Source: a virus (lineage: Duplodnaviria > Caudoviricetes). Taken from it: a stretch of DNA of 64,000 bases. Where the stretch lies: positions 19,092-83,091 of the IMG/VR virus record IMGVR_UViG_3300042352_000969; one strand, 5' to 3'. Numbering within the stretch: position 1 is the first letter of the stretch; each line of letters starts with the position of its first letter. Below the pieces are notes generated by a model. That model had not been told where the DNA came from and ran no database searches. It was given only the letters and a program-made list of their open reading frames with translations. Positions 27,459 through 37,534 of this stretch are shown piece after piece. The position numbers and the translations under genes were made by a program.

Positions 27459-30400
27459 ATGTTTATAAACAACACCATTCCGTCAAATGTAACTCTAAGT
27501 GAAATAAAAGACAATAAGTTAGAAACAGATGAGAGGCTGATAACTACAGATTTAATTTGCGAAGGAACAATTGAAGGCTTAGTTGATAAAGATGGTAATC
27601 TTTTGAAATACGTATCTGTAAATAATTCTTCCGTTGATTCAGATTTATGTTTGGGAAAAGGCGTTTATTATAATGATGTTCCTTTGATTGATAGCAAATT
27701 AAATAAATTAAACTTTGTAAATCTTGGCTTTAATATATCTTATGGAGAAGAGGTAAGTCGTCCTTTTAATGAATTTCCTTCAACGATATATAGGTATAAT
27801 CAAAAAATATATTTAAATGAATCTGATTATACAATAGATAATCCGTTAATATCTACCGATAAGTCTAATGTTTTTTCTTTTCAAGATGTAGATGGCGTAT
27901 CTGTTTTAAAATACAATTCAAAATCAACCGCGACAGCCACACCTGTTGTCGGCGATTTATCTTCGTTAAAAAAACGTTTAGATGAAGCTAAAAATAATTG
28001 TCAAGAGTTTACTCATAAAATACAAAATAAATATGCTGATTTAATTTCTGTTCAAGTCAAAATAGATCAATTGTTTAATACTGATAAAAAAGGAAGTACT
28101 CAGCCTTCATCATTAGTTTATGTTATTGAATTTAGCGAAGATAATTCTGCTGATAGATATTTTACAATTTGTTCAGTAGTAGGAGTGTCTAAATCTGGTT
28201 ATGTTAATGAAGTGTTTTTTGAATTAAATCTCAACAATCAAAAACAAAATTCTTATTATATAAAAGTTTATGCGTTAAGTAGAAAAATACAGCCAGACGA
28301 TCCTAAGACATTTAAAGAGCTTTCTGTTTCATCGATAATAGAGAAAGTTACAACTAGAGGATCTTTTAATTATCCTTTTTCGGCTTTAGTAAAATCTTCG
28401 GTTAGTTCAAGACATTTTCAGTCTGATCCTAATAGAACATTTGATATGAAGATGTTGAAGATAAAAGTTCCACAAAACTACGATCCAGAAGCTAGGGAAT
28501 ATGTTGATAATTGGAATGGAAATTACGATGGTTTTTTAAGATGGACTGATAATCCTGCATGGATATATTATGATTTATGTACTAATTCTAGATACGGAAT
28601 TGGCAATGGTAAGATTTTTGAAAAAGATCTTAATAAGTGGGAGCTTTATAAAATATCTAAATATTGCGATGAATTAATTAAGTCTAATGAGCCTACAACA
28701 TGTCCTGAATTTTCTTTTTATAGAAAGGATGCCGATGATAAAAATTGTATATTTATTGCAAAAACAGATGAAATGTCGTTGTCAGATTTTATAAAAAAAT
28801 TCCCACCAGTAATAGTGATATCTAGTACGGTTGTCAGTAATCCAGCTTACAATGGCGGATTTTGTAACTCTATTATATTTTTATATGATTTGCTTGATTC
28901 AAATAATAATAAATTAACCGTAGGGCTTAAAAAAATTATATGGTCTATAGAAGATTTAGGAACATCATTTAAAATAAAATTAATAAATGATTTTGGCCCA
29001 AGAAGAGCTTTTGAAAATGAACCTACTGGTGATTTGTTGGCTTCTTTTATTAAATATTGTGATTTTGCGTCTACAACTGGAGATTTAACTTCAAGAATAC
29101 AAAGATCTTTAAAAAATTCAGAATCTGAAGCAAAAAGTCAAATATTGAATTGGTTTGCGTCGAACGTTAACAATCCAAAATACTCTAATTATATAAATTC
29201 TATAATAAATAAATCTTGTTTTAACAATGATTTATCAGATGGATCTATTGTAAATGGAAAATGCTTGCCTAAAGTTAAAAATTTTAGAGATCCATTGGAA
29301 GCAAGATTTTCAGCAAACGTCTTAATAGATAATGAAACAGATTGTTTAAAAGTTTTAAATGATTTGGCATCAATTTTTAGAGGTTTAACTTATTATAAAA
29401 ATAACTTTATAACAGCAACAATTGATGTCGATAAAAAAACTTCTTATATTTTTAACAACACTAATGTAAAAGATGGATTGTTTACTTATTCAAGTGGAAG
29501 TTTAGAAGCTTTATATACTGTGGCGAAAGTAATGTATAAAGATAAATTCAGTAATTTTAATGAACAAGTTGAAATAATTGAAGATACTAAAATGATGCGT
29601 GATTATGGAATCATAATAAAAGAAATTTTAGGTTTTGGTATTTCTTCTAGAGGTCAAGCTAGAAGAATAGGAACATGGATGTTGGCTACAAACAGATTTG
29701 AAAACCAAACAATAACTTTTTCAACAGATTTGCAAGGTTTAAATTTAAAACCAAGTGATGTAATTCAAGTGCAAGATCAATATAAAAATGATTCTTTTTT
29801 ACAAGGAAGAGTTACTTCTGTTGATTATACATCAAAATTTATAACAGTTGATAGAAAATTAAATTTAAATTTAGCTGGATGCACGATAAAGTTTATTTTT
29901 GATAACATTTCTAAATCAATAGAGGATTTAAATGCTTTATCTTCAGTTTCTTTATCTGATGTAGACTCTTTAAATGCATCTGATGTGGTAGAGTTAAAAA
30001 TAGATAGAATAGAAAATAATACTAATAAAATTTATTTTGACGAAACTTATAATTACAATTTAATAACAAGAATTTTACCATCAGTGCCTTTTGTAATTAT
30101 AGATCAAACGACGAATTATAGTAAGAATTTATATAAAGTTATAACTATTTCAGAAGTTGATAATAATGAATATTCATTTTTTTGTATAAAACATGATCCT
30201 TCAAAATATGAAGCTCTAGATCAAAATGCTTTTGAAAATCCAAATTCAAACAGTATAAATAATACTATTGTATTTTCTTCTTATGATAATTTACAAGAGA
30301 TAGATTTAACGTCATGTGCAAATTATTATACGTTAAATCAAAAATTAACTTACAATACTATTAGGCACTCTAAAATAGACTATTATTTAAATGATGCTTC

Positions 30401-30686
30401 TTCGATATCTGCTGATCCTAATTTTGCTACTTTAACTATTAATTTTACAACAATATACGCTTATTTAGCATCAAACTCTAAAATAACTGAAATTTTAAAT
30501 GCTTCTGGAGGTATTATTTGTAAAGTCACATTTAAAAATCAATCCATCAAGTTCTTGTCTCCAGCTTCATCTTATTCTAATAAAATTATTTTTCTTGGAA
30601 ACTACTCATTTAGTGGGCAAATATCAGCTTTATCTTCGATAAAATTTTATTTATACAACAAAAATTTCCAAATAATAGAAGTGTAA
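27459..30686 (+). CDS. Lambda gpJ-like tail tip / host specificity protein
   Basis: LICEGTIEGL, YPFSAL, KVPQNYDP, WTDNPAWIYYDLCTNSRYGIG, KWELYKISKYCDE, RFSAN, DLASIFRG, NVKDGLFTYS. Confidence 0.85.
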   Translation: MFINNTIPSNVTLSEIKDNKLETDERLITTDLICEGTIEGLVDKDGNLLKYVSVNNSSVDSDLCLGKGVYYNDVPLIDSKLNKLNFVNLGFNISYGEEVSRPFNEFPSTIYRYNQKIYLNESDYTIDNPLISTDKSNVFSFQDVDGVSVLKYNSKSTATATPVVGDLSSLKKRLDEAKNNCQEFTHKIQNKYADLISVQVKIDQLFNTDKKGSTQPSSLVYVIEFSEDNSADRYFTICSVVGVSKSGYVNEVFFELNLNNQKQNSYYIKVYALSRKIQPDDPKTFKELSVSSIIEKVTTRGSFNYPFSALVKSSVSSRHFQSDPNRTFDMKMLKIKVPQNYDPEAREYVDNWNGNYDGFLRWTDNPAWIYYDLCTNSRYGIGNGKIFEKDLNKWELYKISKYCDELIKSNEPTTCPEFSFYRKDADDKNCIFIAKTDEMSLSDFIKKFPPVIVISSTVVSNPAYNGGFCNSIIFLYDLLDSNNNKLTVGLKKIIWSIEDLGTSFKIKLINDFGPRRAFENEPTGDLLASFIKYCDFASTTGDLTSRIQRSLKNSESEAKSQILNWFASNVNNPKYSNYINSIINKSCFNNDLSDGSIVNGKCLPKVKNFRDPLEARFSANVLIDNETDCLKVLNDLASIFRGLTYYKNNFITATIDVDKKTSYIFNNTNVKDGLFTYSSGSLEALYTVAKVMYKDKFSNFNEQVEIIEDTKMMRDYGIIIKEILGFGISSRGQARRIGTWMLATNRFENQTITFSTDLQGLNLKPSDVIQVQDQYKNDSFLQGRVTSVDYTSKFITVDRKLNLNLAGCTIKFIFDNISKSIEDLNALSSVSLSDVDSLNASDVVELKIDRIENNTNKIYFDETYNYNLITRILPSVPFVIIDQTTNYSKNLYKVITISEVDNNEYSFFCIKHDPSKYEALDQNAFENPNSNSINNTIVFSSYDNLQEIDLTSCANYYTLNQKLTYNTIRHSKIDYYLNDASSISADPNFATLTINFTTIYAYLASNSKITEILNASGGIICKVTFKNQSIKFLSPASSYSNKIIFLGNYSFSGQISALSSIKFYLYNKNFQIIEV
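30681..30686 (+). promoter_or_regulatory. GTGTAA promoter motif, 8 nt upstream of the fibre gene
   Basis: AAGTGTAA-TATAATAT-ATG. Confidence 0.7.
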
Positions 30687-30694
30687 TATAATAT

Positions 30695-33600
30695 ATGCCT
30701 GTAATTACTGGTCAAAATTTAACGGATGATGCGCCTTTTTTAATATCTAATTTGATATTAAGTAACAAAAGCGATTTTACTTCTTTAAATTATTCGTTGT
30801 CTCCAGAAAGTTTTGGTTTACCTTTCGATTCAAAGTTTGTTTCTGGAAACATTGCTCAAAGCTCTTTAAATTTTTCTTTATCTATTGTTGATCCGTATAA
30901 TAATAAAACGATAACTAATTCTATAGTTTTATCGGATGTTTTTTCTGGTATTAAAGTTGATTTGTATACTCAAAATAGAGATTACGTAGGTAATCTAGTA
31001 CAAAATACTAATAACACTCAAATACAAATAGATTCAAAATCTTTTTCTGATCTTATAGGCGGTTACACTGGTTTTGATAATCTTAATAATTTAAGAACGT
31101 TTTTCATTGACTTTTCTACTTATGATTTAAATGGTAGTTCTGATGTTTATTATTTTTTAGCTAATTATCCTAAAGTAAATATAACGGGTTTTGATATAAA
31201 AAATTTAAACCCCATTTCAGTAACTCCTTTAGTAGATGATTTCAAATTTTTAAAATCTGTTGATATTTACGCCGTTCCAAACCCAAGTGTAGTTCCTTTG
31301 TCTGGAACTTATGATTTTGCAAATAGTGGTATTTTTACTTCTGCTTTCAATTATGAATCGAATAGATATCAACAAACTTTTTCTATATCTCCACCTTCTT
31401 ATATTGATACTGATTTAAACATAACTTTGCCTTTTAATATTGTTGCGATTCCTAATGATTATTTATATACTGGAGCTTATTTTTTATCTTCAGGAATCAA
31501 GTCTTCTTATTATAACACAGATTCTGTACCAGTATCAATTAATAACATTACTGGTTATATAAATTGTTCGCAGAATGTTTTTGATAAAAATTTAGACATA
31601 CAAGCGATTGTTAAGTGGGACGCTATAAAAACAGATAATTCATTATCTTTTGAAACATATGTTTATGAAAATGGAGTGGATAATGCAAGTTATGTATTTG
31701 CTTCTAATAATACTAACGTAGAAGCAATAAGTAAGATAAATTATGGTACTGGGCAGAATTTAATTCGCAATAAAGATCAATCAACTTACTATTCTGGAAC
31801 TGAGCCTATTTTTAAAACATATGGCGCTTCAGGAATTAGTTGGTCGGATCATACATTGTTTATAGATAATTACTTTTCTTTGCCATTGGGTTTGTACAAT
31901 ACTGGTAAAAAATTAAACTATGTAACAGAAGTAAGAATAGCGTCTGGGATTTCTAATTCCTCAGAGTTGTATTTTGTATATGGATATAATACCGGAAACG
32001 ATGAATTTTTCATATTGCCAAGCGGCGGGTTGTATACAGGAAGTATTTATACAGGAACTTATTCAGGCTATCGTAAGTTTTCTAATTTAATTCCTGATTT
32101 AGAGTTTACTTATTTAGGGGTATCTTATCCTGCTGTTGATCCAGGTGTTGGTAATTTAACGTCTGATATTTCTTTATCTTCTGATAATATTACTCAAATT
32201 TATCTTGACGCTACAGACGACAATGGATTTAGTGTTGCAACTTGGTTGTCAAGTCTTTCAAGTTTCATTAAAATTTCAAAGAAAAATGATATTAGTGTTT
32301 ATCAAATATTAAACGTTGGTACTGACACAAATGAAGGCGGTTGGTTTACTTTAGATGTAACAAGTTTTAGAGATAATAATGCTGTGGGTTTTCAAGTTAA
32401 TGATCAATTAATAATTTCTCATGTTAGACCCAGTATTGAACAAGTTGTAAATGAAACTGGTATTTTATTAGCATCGAGAATAACAGGCTCTTCTGATTTT
32501 GTATTTTCTCAATTTGAACCGTCAATTCAATTTCCAGTAAAACCAGATAAAAATTACGATGTAAAAGTTAGGGCTTCTTATCAAGACGGAAGCTACTCTG
32601 ATTTTTCTGATATTTTAAGATTTACAAAAAATCAAATACAAACAGAAGTATATAGAGTTTTTCCAAATAAATATGTTATTGATGGTCTAGGTGTTAGTGG
32701 ATATATACCAAAATTCTCTGATTCAGATAGTTTAACAACAGGTACATTATATTATAGCGGTAGTAATAATTTAGTATTTACTGAATTGCCAACAACAACA
32801 ACTTCAGAAAATTTATATAAATTAGTAGTTGAAGATAACATTGTAAAAAAACAATTAGATACAGGGAGCGGCACTTCTTTAATTGAAGAGTTTACTGTTG
32901 CTGCTCATGGTTTTATTGCCGGTGATGTTATTAGATTCGATGGAACAAATTATTTTAAAGCGCAAGCAGACAGCGCCGCACATGCAGAAGTATTGGGTGT
33001 TGTTAAGTCGGTAACTACAAATACTTTTAAAGTGGTGATAGATGGATTGATAACTGGTTTGTCGGGTTTGATTGCTGGAACTGTTTACTTTTTAAATACG
33101 ACTACTTCTGGAACGTGGCAATCAGTTGAGCCGACAGCTTATGGTGAGATATCTAAGCCGATATTATTCGCGTTATCAGCTACAACTGCAAATGTGTTAA
33201 CTTTTCGTGGTATTGAAATTTCTCCTGTAAGCGGAACTTCTGGTTCATCAGGAACAAGCGGATCAAGCGGATCAAGCGGATCAAGTGGAACAAGCGGATC
33301 ATCAGGTACAAGTGGATCATCGGGAACTAGTGGAACAGCAACACAGGCAAGCTCTTTAGCTAAATATAGTAATACCGCTCAAACCATACCTCCGAGTACA
33401 GATACTAAAGTAGATTGGAATACTGCTGATACTGCAAATAGCCAAGGATCTACTGGTTTAACTTTTACTTCATCAAATAAATTTACAAATAGTTCTGGAG
33501 CGTCTTGTATTGTAAATGTTGATGGTTATATAAGTTGGGAACTCGGAGGAGCTTCTAATACTACAAGGTCAGTATTTATAGTTAAAAATGGAAACACAGC

Positions 33601-35719
33601 TTCTCTTCAAGGTAGATATTCTTATAATAGCGTATCGACTAATAATGAGTATACGGTAATAAATTTTAGTTCTACATTAACATTAGCGAACAATGATTAT
33701 TTTGAAATATATGTTTTTCATAACGATTCTTCTTCACAAGATATAAATGTAAGAAATGATTTTCCTGCTAGTAGAATTTTAATTACTAAAGTAGAAGGCG
33801 TAGAAGGTCCGTCTGGAACAAGTGGTTCTTCTGGAACAAGCGGTTCTTCTGGAACAAGCGGTTCTTCTGGAACAAGCGGTTCTTCTGGAACAAGTGGATC
33901 ATCTGGATCAAGTGGTACTTCTGGATCAAGTGGCACTTCTGGATCAAGTGGTACTTCTGGATCAAGCGGTACTTCTGGATCAAGCGGTACGAGTGGATCA
34001 TCTGGATCAAGTGGTACTTCTGGATCAAGTGGCACTTCTGGATCAAGCGGTACGAGTGGATCATCTGGATCAAGTGGTACTTCTGGATCAAGCGGTACGA
34101 GTGGATCATCTGGATCAAGTGGTACTTCTGGATCAAGTGGTACTTCTGGATCAAGTGGCACTTCTGGATCAAGTGGCACTTCTGGATCAAGTGGTACTTC
34201 TGGATCAAGTGGTACTTCTGGATCAAGTGGTACGAGTGGATCATCTGGATCAAGTGGTACTTCTGGATCAAGTGGTACTTCTGGATCAAGTGGTACTTCT
34301 GGATCAAGTGGTACTTCTGGATCAAGTGGTACGAGTGGATCATCTGGATCAAGTGGTACTTCTGGATCAAGTGGTACTTCTGGATCAAGTGGCACTTCTG
34401 GATCAAGCGGTACGAGTGGATCATCTGGATCAAGTGGTACTTCTGGATCAAGTGGTACTTCTGGATCAAGTGGCACTTCTGGATCAAGTGGCACTTCTGG
34501 ATCAAGTGGTACTTCTGGATCAAGTGGTACTTCTGGATCAAGTGGTACTTCTGGATCAAGTGGTACTTCTGGATCAAGTGGTACGAGTGGATCATCTGGA
34601 TCAAGTGGCACTTCTGGATCAAGTGGCACTTCTGGATCAAGTGGTACTTCTGGATCAAGTGGCACTTCTGGATCAAGTGGCACTTCTGGATCAAGTGGTA
34701 CTTCTGGATCAAGTGGTACTTCTGGATCAAGTGGTACTTCTGGATCAAGTGGTACTTCTGGATCAAGTGGTACTTCTGGATCAAGTGGTACGAGTGGATC
34801 AGACGGTACTTCTGGATCAAGTGGTACTTCTGGATCAAGTGGTACTTCTGGATCAAGTGGTACTTCTGGATCAGGATCAAGTGGTACTTCTGGATCAAGT
34901 GGTACTTCTGGATCAAGTGGTACTTCTGGATCAAGTGGTACTTCTGGATCAAGTGGTACGAGTGGATCAAACGGTACTTCTGGATCAAGTGGAACAAGTG
35001 GATCTGGACTTGGTAGTTCTGGCAGCATTGATTACATTTCTAAATACGATAGTTCTTCAAGCTTAACTAACTCTTCTATTTTTAACTCCTCTTCAGGAAA
35101 TGTCGGAATTGGCACTAACACTCCAACAAATACTCTTGAAATTTACTCTGGTGGAACAAAAAATTACGGTAGTAATGATATTGCTTATATTAACGCTAAC
35201 GGAGAAACATATTTTAAAAATACTGCAAGTGAGTCTTACATGTTTAGTAATCGGGCTATTTCATTTTATGCCCAATCAACACCGATGGTGTACATAAATA
35301 GCACAAAAGTTGGTATTGGAACTAGTACTCCAGGTTACATGTTAGATGTTGCTGGTCAATGCCATGCTAGTTGTTTTCCAACTTCATCTGATCTTCGTTT
35401 TAAAAAGAACATAGTTCCATTACAAAACGCTTTAGAAAAGGTCTTAGCATTAAGAGGTGTTACATATGAATGGAATGAATTTATTCATTCTATACGTAGT
35501 GGATATGATTTAAATGTTCCGGTTATAGGAATGATTGCTCAAGAAGTAGAAGAAATTATTCCTCAAATTGTTGGAACATGGAAATTGAATGATGAATTGA
35601 CAGACGCAAGATCATTAGAATATCAAAGATTAGTTCCATATTTAATTGAAGCTATTAAAGAACAGCAAAAACAAATTGATCAATTAAAATTAGATGTAAA
35701 AACATTAATGAACATATAA
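30695..35719 (+). CDS. Tail fibre with Ser/Thr collagen-like repeats, a C1q-like domain and a C-terminal S74 intramolecular chaperone
   Basis: SDLRFKKNI...LRGVTYEW...GMIAQEVEEIIP...YQRLVPYLIEAIKEQQKQI (peptidase S74 chaperone); GIGTNTP / GIGTSTP fibre motifs; Gly-X-Y tracts. Confidence 0.85.
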   Translation: MPVITGQNLTDDAPFLISNLILSNKSDFTSLNYSLSPESFGLPFDSKFVSGNIAQSSLNFSLSIVDPYNNKTITNSIVLSDVFSGIKVDLYTQNRDYVGNLVQNTNNTQIQIDSKSFSDLIGGYTGFDNLNNLRTFFIDFSTYDLNGSSDVYYFLANYPKVNITGFDIKNLNPISVTPLVDDFKFLKSVDIYAVPNPSVVPLSGTYDFANSGIFTSAFNYESNRYQQTFSISPPSYIDTDLNITLPFNIVAIPNDYLYTGAYFLSSGIKSSYYNTDSVPVSINNITGYINCSQNVFDKNLDIQAIVKWDAIKTDNSLSFETYVYENGVDNASYVFASNNTNVEAISKINYGTGQNLIRNKDQSTYYSGTEPIFKTYGASGISWSDHTLFIDNYFSLPLGLYNTGKKLNYVTEVRIASGISNSSELYFVYGYNTGNDEFFILPSGGLYTGSIYTGTYSGYRKFSNLIPDLEFTYLGVSYPAVDPGVGNLTSDISLSSDNITQIYLDATDDNGFSVATWLSSLSSFIKISKKNDISVYQILNVGTDTNEGGWFTLDVTSFRDNNAVGFQVNDQLIISHVRPSIEQVVNETGILLASRITGSSDFVFSQFEPSIQFPVKPDKNYDVKVRASYQDGSYSDFSDILRFTKNQIQTEVYRVFPNKYVIDGLGVSGYIPKFSDSDSLTTGTLYYSGSNNLVFTELPTTTTSENLYKLVVEDNIVKKQLDTGSGTSLIEEFTVAAHGFIAGDVIRFDGTNYFKAQADSAAHAEVLGVVKSVTTNTFKVVIDGLITGLSGLIAGTVYFLNTTTSGTWQSVEPTAYGEISKPILFALSATTANVLTFRGIEISPVSGTSGSSGTSGSSGSSGSSGTSGSSGTSGSSGTSGTATQASSLAKYSNTAQTIPPSTDTKVDWNTADTANSQGSTGLTFTSSNKFTNSSGASCIVNVDGYISWELGGASNTTRSVFIVKNGNTASLQGRYSYNSVSTNNEYTVINFSSTLTLANNDYFEIYVFHNDSSSQDINVRNDFPASRILITKVEGVEGPSGTSGSSGTSGSSGTSGSSGTSGSSGTSGSSGSSGTSGSSGTSGSSGTSGSSGTSGSSGTSGSSGSSGTSGSSGTSGSSGTSGSSGSSGTSGSSGTSGSSGSSGTSGSSGTSGSSGTSGSSGTSGSSGTSGSSGTSGSSGTSGSSGSSGTSGSSGTSGSSGTSGSSGTSGSSGTSGSSGSSGTSGSSGTSGSSGTSGSSGTSGSSGSSGTSGSSGTSGSSGTSGSSGTSGSSGTSGSSGTSGSSGTSGSSGTSGSSGTSGSSGSSGTSGSSGTSGSSGTSGSSGTSGSSGTSGSSGTSGSSGTSGSSGTSGSSGTSGSSGTSGSSGTSGSDGTSGSSGTSGSSGTSGSSGTSGSGSSGTSGSSGTSGSSGTSGSSGTSGSSGTSGSNGTSGSSGTSGSGLGSSGSIDYISKYDSSSSLTNSSIFNSSSGNVGIGTNTPTNTLEIYSGGTKNYGSNDIAYINANGETYFKNTASESYMFSNRAISFYAQSTPMVYINSTKVGIGTSTPGYMLDVAGQCHASCFPTSSDLRFKKNIVPLQNALEKVLALRGVTYEWNEFIHSIRSGYDLNVPVIGMIAQEVEEIIPQIVGTWKLNDELTDARSLEYQRLVPYLIEAIKEQQKQIDQLKLDVKTLMNI
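33233..33337 (+). repeat. Short GTS/GSS Gly-X-Y tract
   Basis: About 35 aa of GTSGSS-type triplets with heterogeneous codons. Confidence 0.9.
33806..34999 (+). repeat. Long tandem repeat, 18-bp unit ggatcaagtggtacttct (GSSGTS) with 9-bp variants
   Basis: About 1.2 kb, roughly 130 Gly-X-Y triplets with one register break (GS-GSS near 34870). Confidence 0.97.
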
Positions 35720-35726
35720 TATATTT

Positions 35727-36413
35727 GTGGCCGATATCTTTAATTCTTTTGATAAAATATACTGTATAAATCTGCCAACTAGAAAAGATAGATGGCAGAA
35801 TTGCTTGCTTCAGTTTACAAAATATAATTTATTAAATAATGTAGAAAAATTTCATGGAATCATTTATAATTGTTTTTCTTTCAATAGGAAGCAAAATGCT
35901 CATTTAGGGTGTTGGTTTTCTCATTATAGTATTTTAAAACACGCTCAAGCTATGCGTTATAATAAAATATTAATATTAGAAGACGATTTTGTTTTTAATT
36001 TTGAGCCTGAAGATTTAAATTTAAAACTAACTTGTTGTATAAATGAATTGCCGCAAAATTGGGACTTGTTTTATTTGGGCGCTTATTTTGTTAAAGGTTA
36101 TGATTATGAAGCCAAAACAAACTATTGTAAAAATTTATACAAAGCTAATACCGCTTTTTGTACTCATTCTATTTGTTACTCAAAATCAGGAATTGATAAA
36201 ATGATACAGTGTATGGAAAAAGTTTTTTTAAATTCATCTTTTATGGTTTTGAATTACGAAAGTATTGGATGGTTTTATGTTAAAGAATTCTTGTACGAAA
36301 ATAATTGTTATGCTAGCAAAGACTTTTTATGCGGACAGATGAAAGACTTTTCAGATATAGAAGGTAGAGTGGTTGATTATAATGATTATTTTTTAAAAGG
36401 ATACGCTTCGTAA
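35727..36413 (+). CDS. Glycosyltransferase family 25
   Basis: FDKIYCINLPTRKDRW, GCWFSHYSILKHA, ILILEDDF, WDLFYLG. GTG start. Confidence 0.8.
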   Translation: MADIFNSFDKIYCINLPTRKDRWQNCLLQFTKYNLLNNVEKFHGIIYNCFSFNRKQNAHLGCWFSHYSILKHAQAMRYNKILILEDDFVFNFEPEDLNLKLTCCINELPQNWDLFYLGAYFVKGYDYEAKTNYCKNLYKANTAFCTHSICYSKSGIDKMIQCMEKVFLNSSFMVLNYESIGWFYVKEFLYENNCYASKDFLCGQMKDFSDIEGRVVDYNDYFLKGYAS

Positions 36414-36416
36414 CAA

Positions 36417-36422
36417 GTGTAA
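36417..36422 (+). promoter_or_regulatory. GTGTAA promoter motif, 8 nt upstream of ATG 36431
   Basis: AAGTGTAA-TATTTTAT-ATG. Confidence 0.7.
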
Positions 36423-36430
36423 TATTTTAT

Positions 36431-37534
36431 ATGCCGATTACTAGAAACAGAGTTATATATGCTGGAACTGATGTTTTAGTTTCTGATTCGCCGTCATGGA
36501 CTGGGCAAACAGGCGTTGCATCTTTAAAGTTGTTAAAAAGAATTCAATCAAGTAGCATATCTGTATCTAATCCAATCACTCGTCCAAAACAAATTGGTAG
36601 TTCTGATTTTGCATTTGAAAAATATATAACTATTCCAGAAATTGCTGTTGATTTAAAATATTTTGTTTCTGACAACTCTAATGAATTACTTTTAGGATTA
36701 AACGCTACTGGTAACGAATCATTCTTGAAAAACATGGCTGTTTCTGGTCAGGATAAAAATTTATTCTTTTTACTATCGGATACAAATTCTCAAGATGCCG
36801 ACAGTTTAACAGATATGGTTGGAAATGATGTTTTTGCGGTTGGCAATACTTTTTTAACTAATTATTCTTTATCTGCTCAAGTTGGATCTATTCCAACTGT
36901 TTCTGTTTCTTTTTCTTGTTTGAATGTGACTTTTCAAACTTATAATGGAACTGGAGCAAATGGAAGCGATGTTCCGGCAATTAATTTAACAAATGGAATA
37001 AAATCAACAGGAAAATATTTGCTTACTGGAGCGAACATGTCTCCATCAAATTATTTATCAAATCAAAATTCTAGACCATATGCTATTAGGCCAGGAGATG
37101 TAGTTCTTCAATTGCCCCAAACGTTTATGGGTGGTATTAGATATTCTGGGGATGTGCCAGCCACAATATCTTCTTTAGAAATCAACGTTCCAATAGAAAG
37201 AAAAGATTTATTAGGTTTTGGTAGCAATTATCCATACGACAAAAGAATAATGTATCCATTAATTGGTACAGTAAGTTTTAATGGAATTTTTGATGAACCA
37301 GTAACAGGTGATTTTAGCAGCATCTTCAACAACGATACTGCTTATGATTTAACTTTTAATTTAAAAAATTATAATGGCGCAACTGGTTTAAGGGTAGAAA
37401 TTTTAAACGCTAGAATAGATAGTCAGTCTTTTGATTTATCAATAGGAGATAATATGAATTTTCAATCTAGTTTTTCATTTAAGATTTTTGAAACAGATGG
37501 AATGAGAATAAGTGGTGCGGCAAGGTTAATTTAA
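36431..37534 (+). CDS. Second tail-tube-like protein (paralogue of 3154-4488)
   Basis: Shared blocks RNRVIY, KRIQ, SAQVGSIPTVSV, AIRPGDVVL and SIGDN. Confidence 0.6.
   Translation: MPITRNRVIYAGTDVLVSDSPSWTGQTGVASLKLLKRIQSSSISVSNPITRPKQIGSSDFAFEKYITIPEIAVDLKYFVSDNSNELLLGLNATGNESFLKNMAVSGQDKNLFFLLSDTNSQDADSLTDMVGNDVFAVGNTFLTNYSLSAQVGSIPTVSVSFSCLNVTFQTYNGTGANGSDVPAINLTNGIKSTGKYLLTGANMSPSNYLSNQNSRPYAIRPGDVVLQLPQTFMGGIRYSGDVPATISSLEINVPIERKDLLGFGSNYPYDKRIMYPLIGTVSFNGIFDEPVTGDFSSIFNNDTAYDLTFNLKNYNGATGLRVEILNARIDSQSFDLSIGDNMNFQSSFSFKIFETDGMRISGAARLI

Noticed and set aside
3154-30686. Contractile injection system or myovirus tail
   Set aside because: No sheath or baseplate wedge motif was recognised, and the tip genes follow the lambda M-L-K-I-J order.
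33806-34999. Possible CRISPR array
   Set aside because: The repeats are head-to-tail with no unique spacers and lie in frame within a gene.
33718-35066. Long alternative-frame ORFs (LDPEVP, HLIQKY and VVLLDQ repeats)
   Set aside because: They are shadows of the stop-free 18-bp repeat. The GSSGTS frame is continuous with the fibre N-terminus and the S74 domain.
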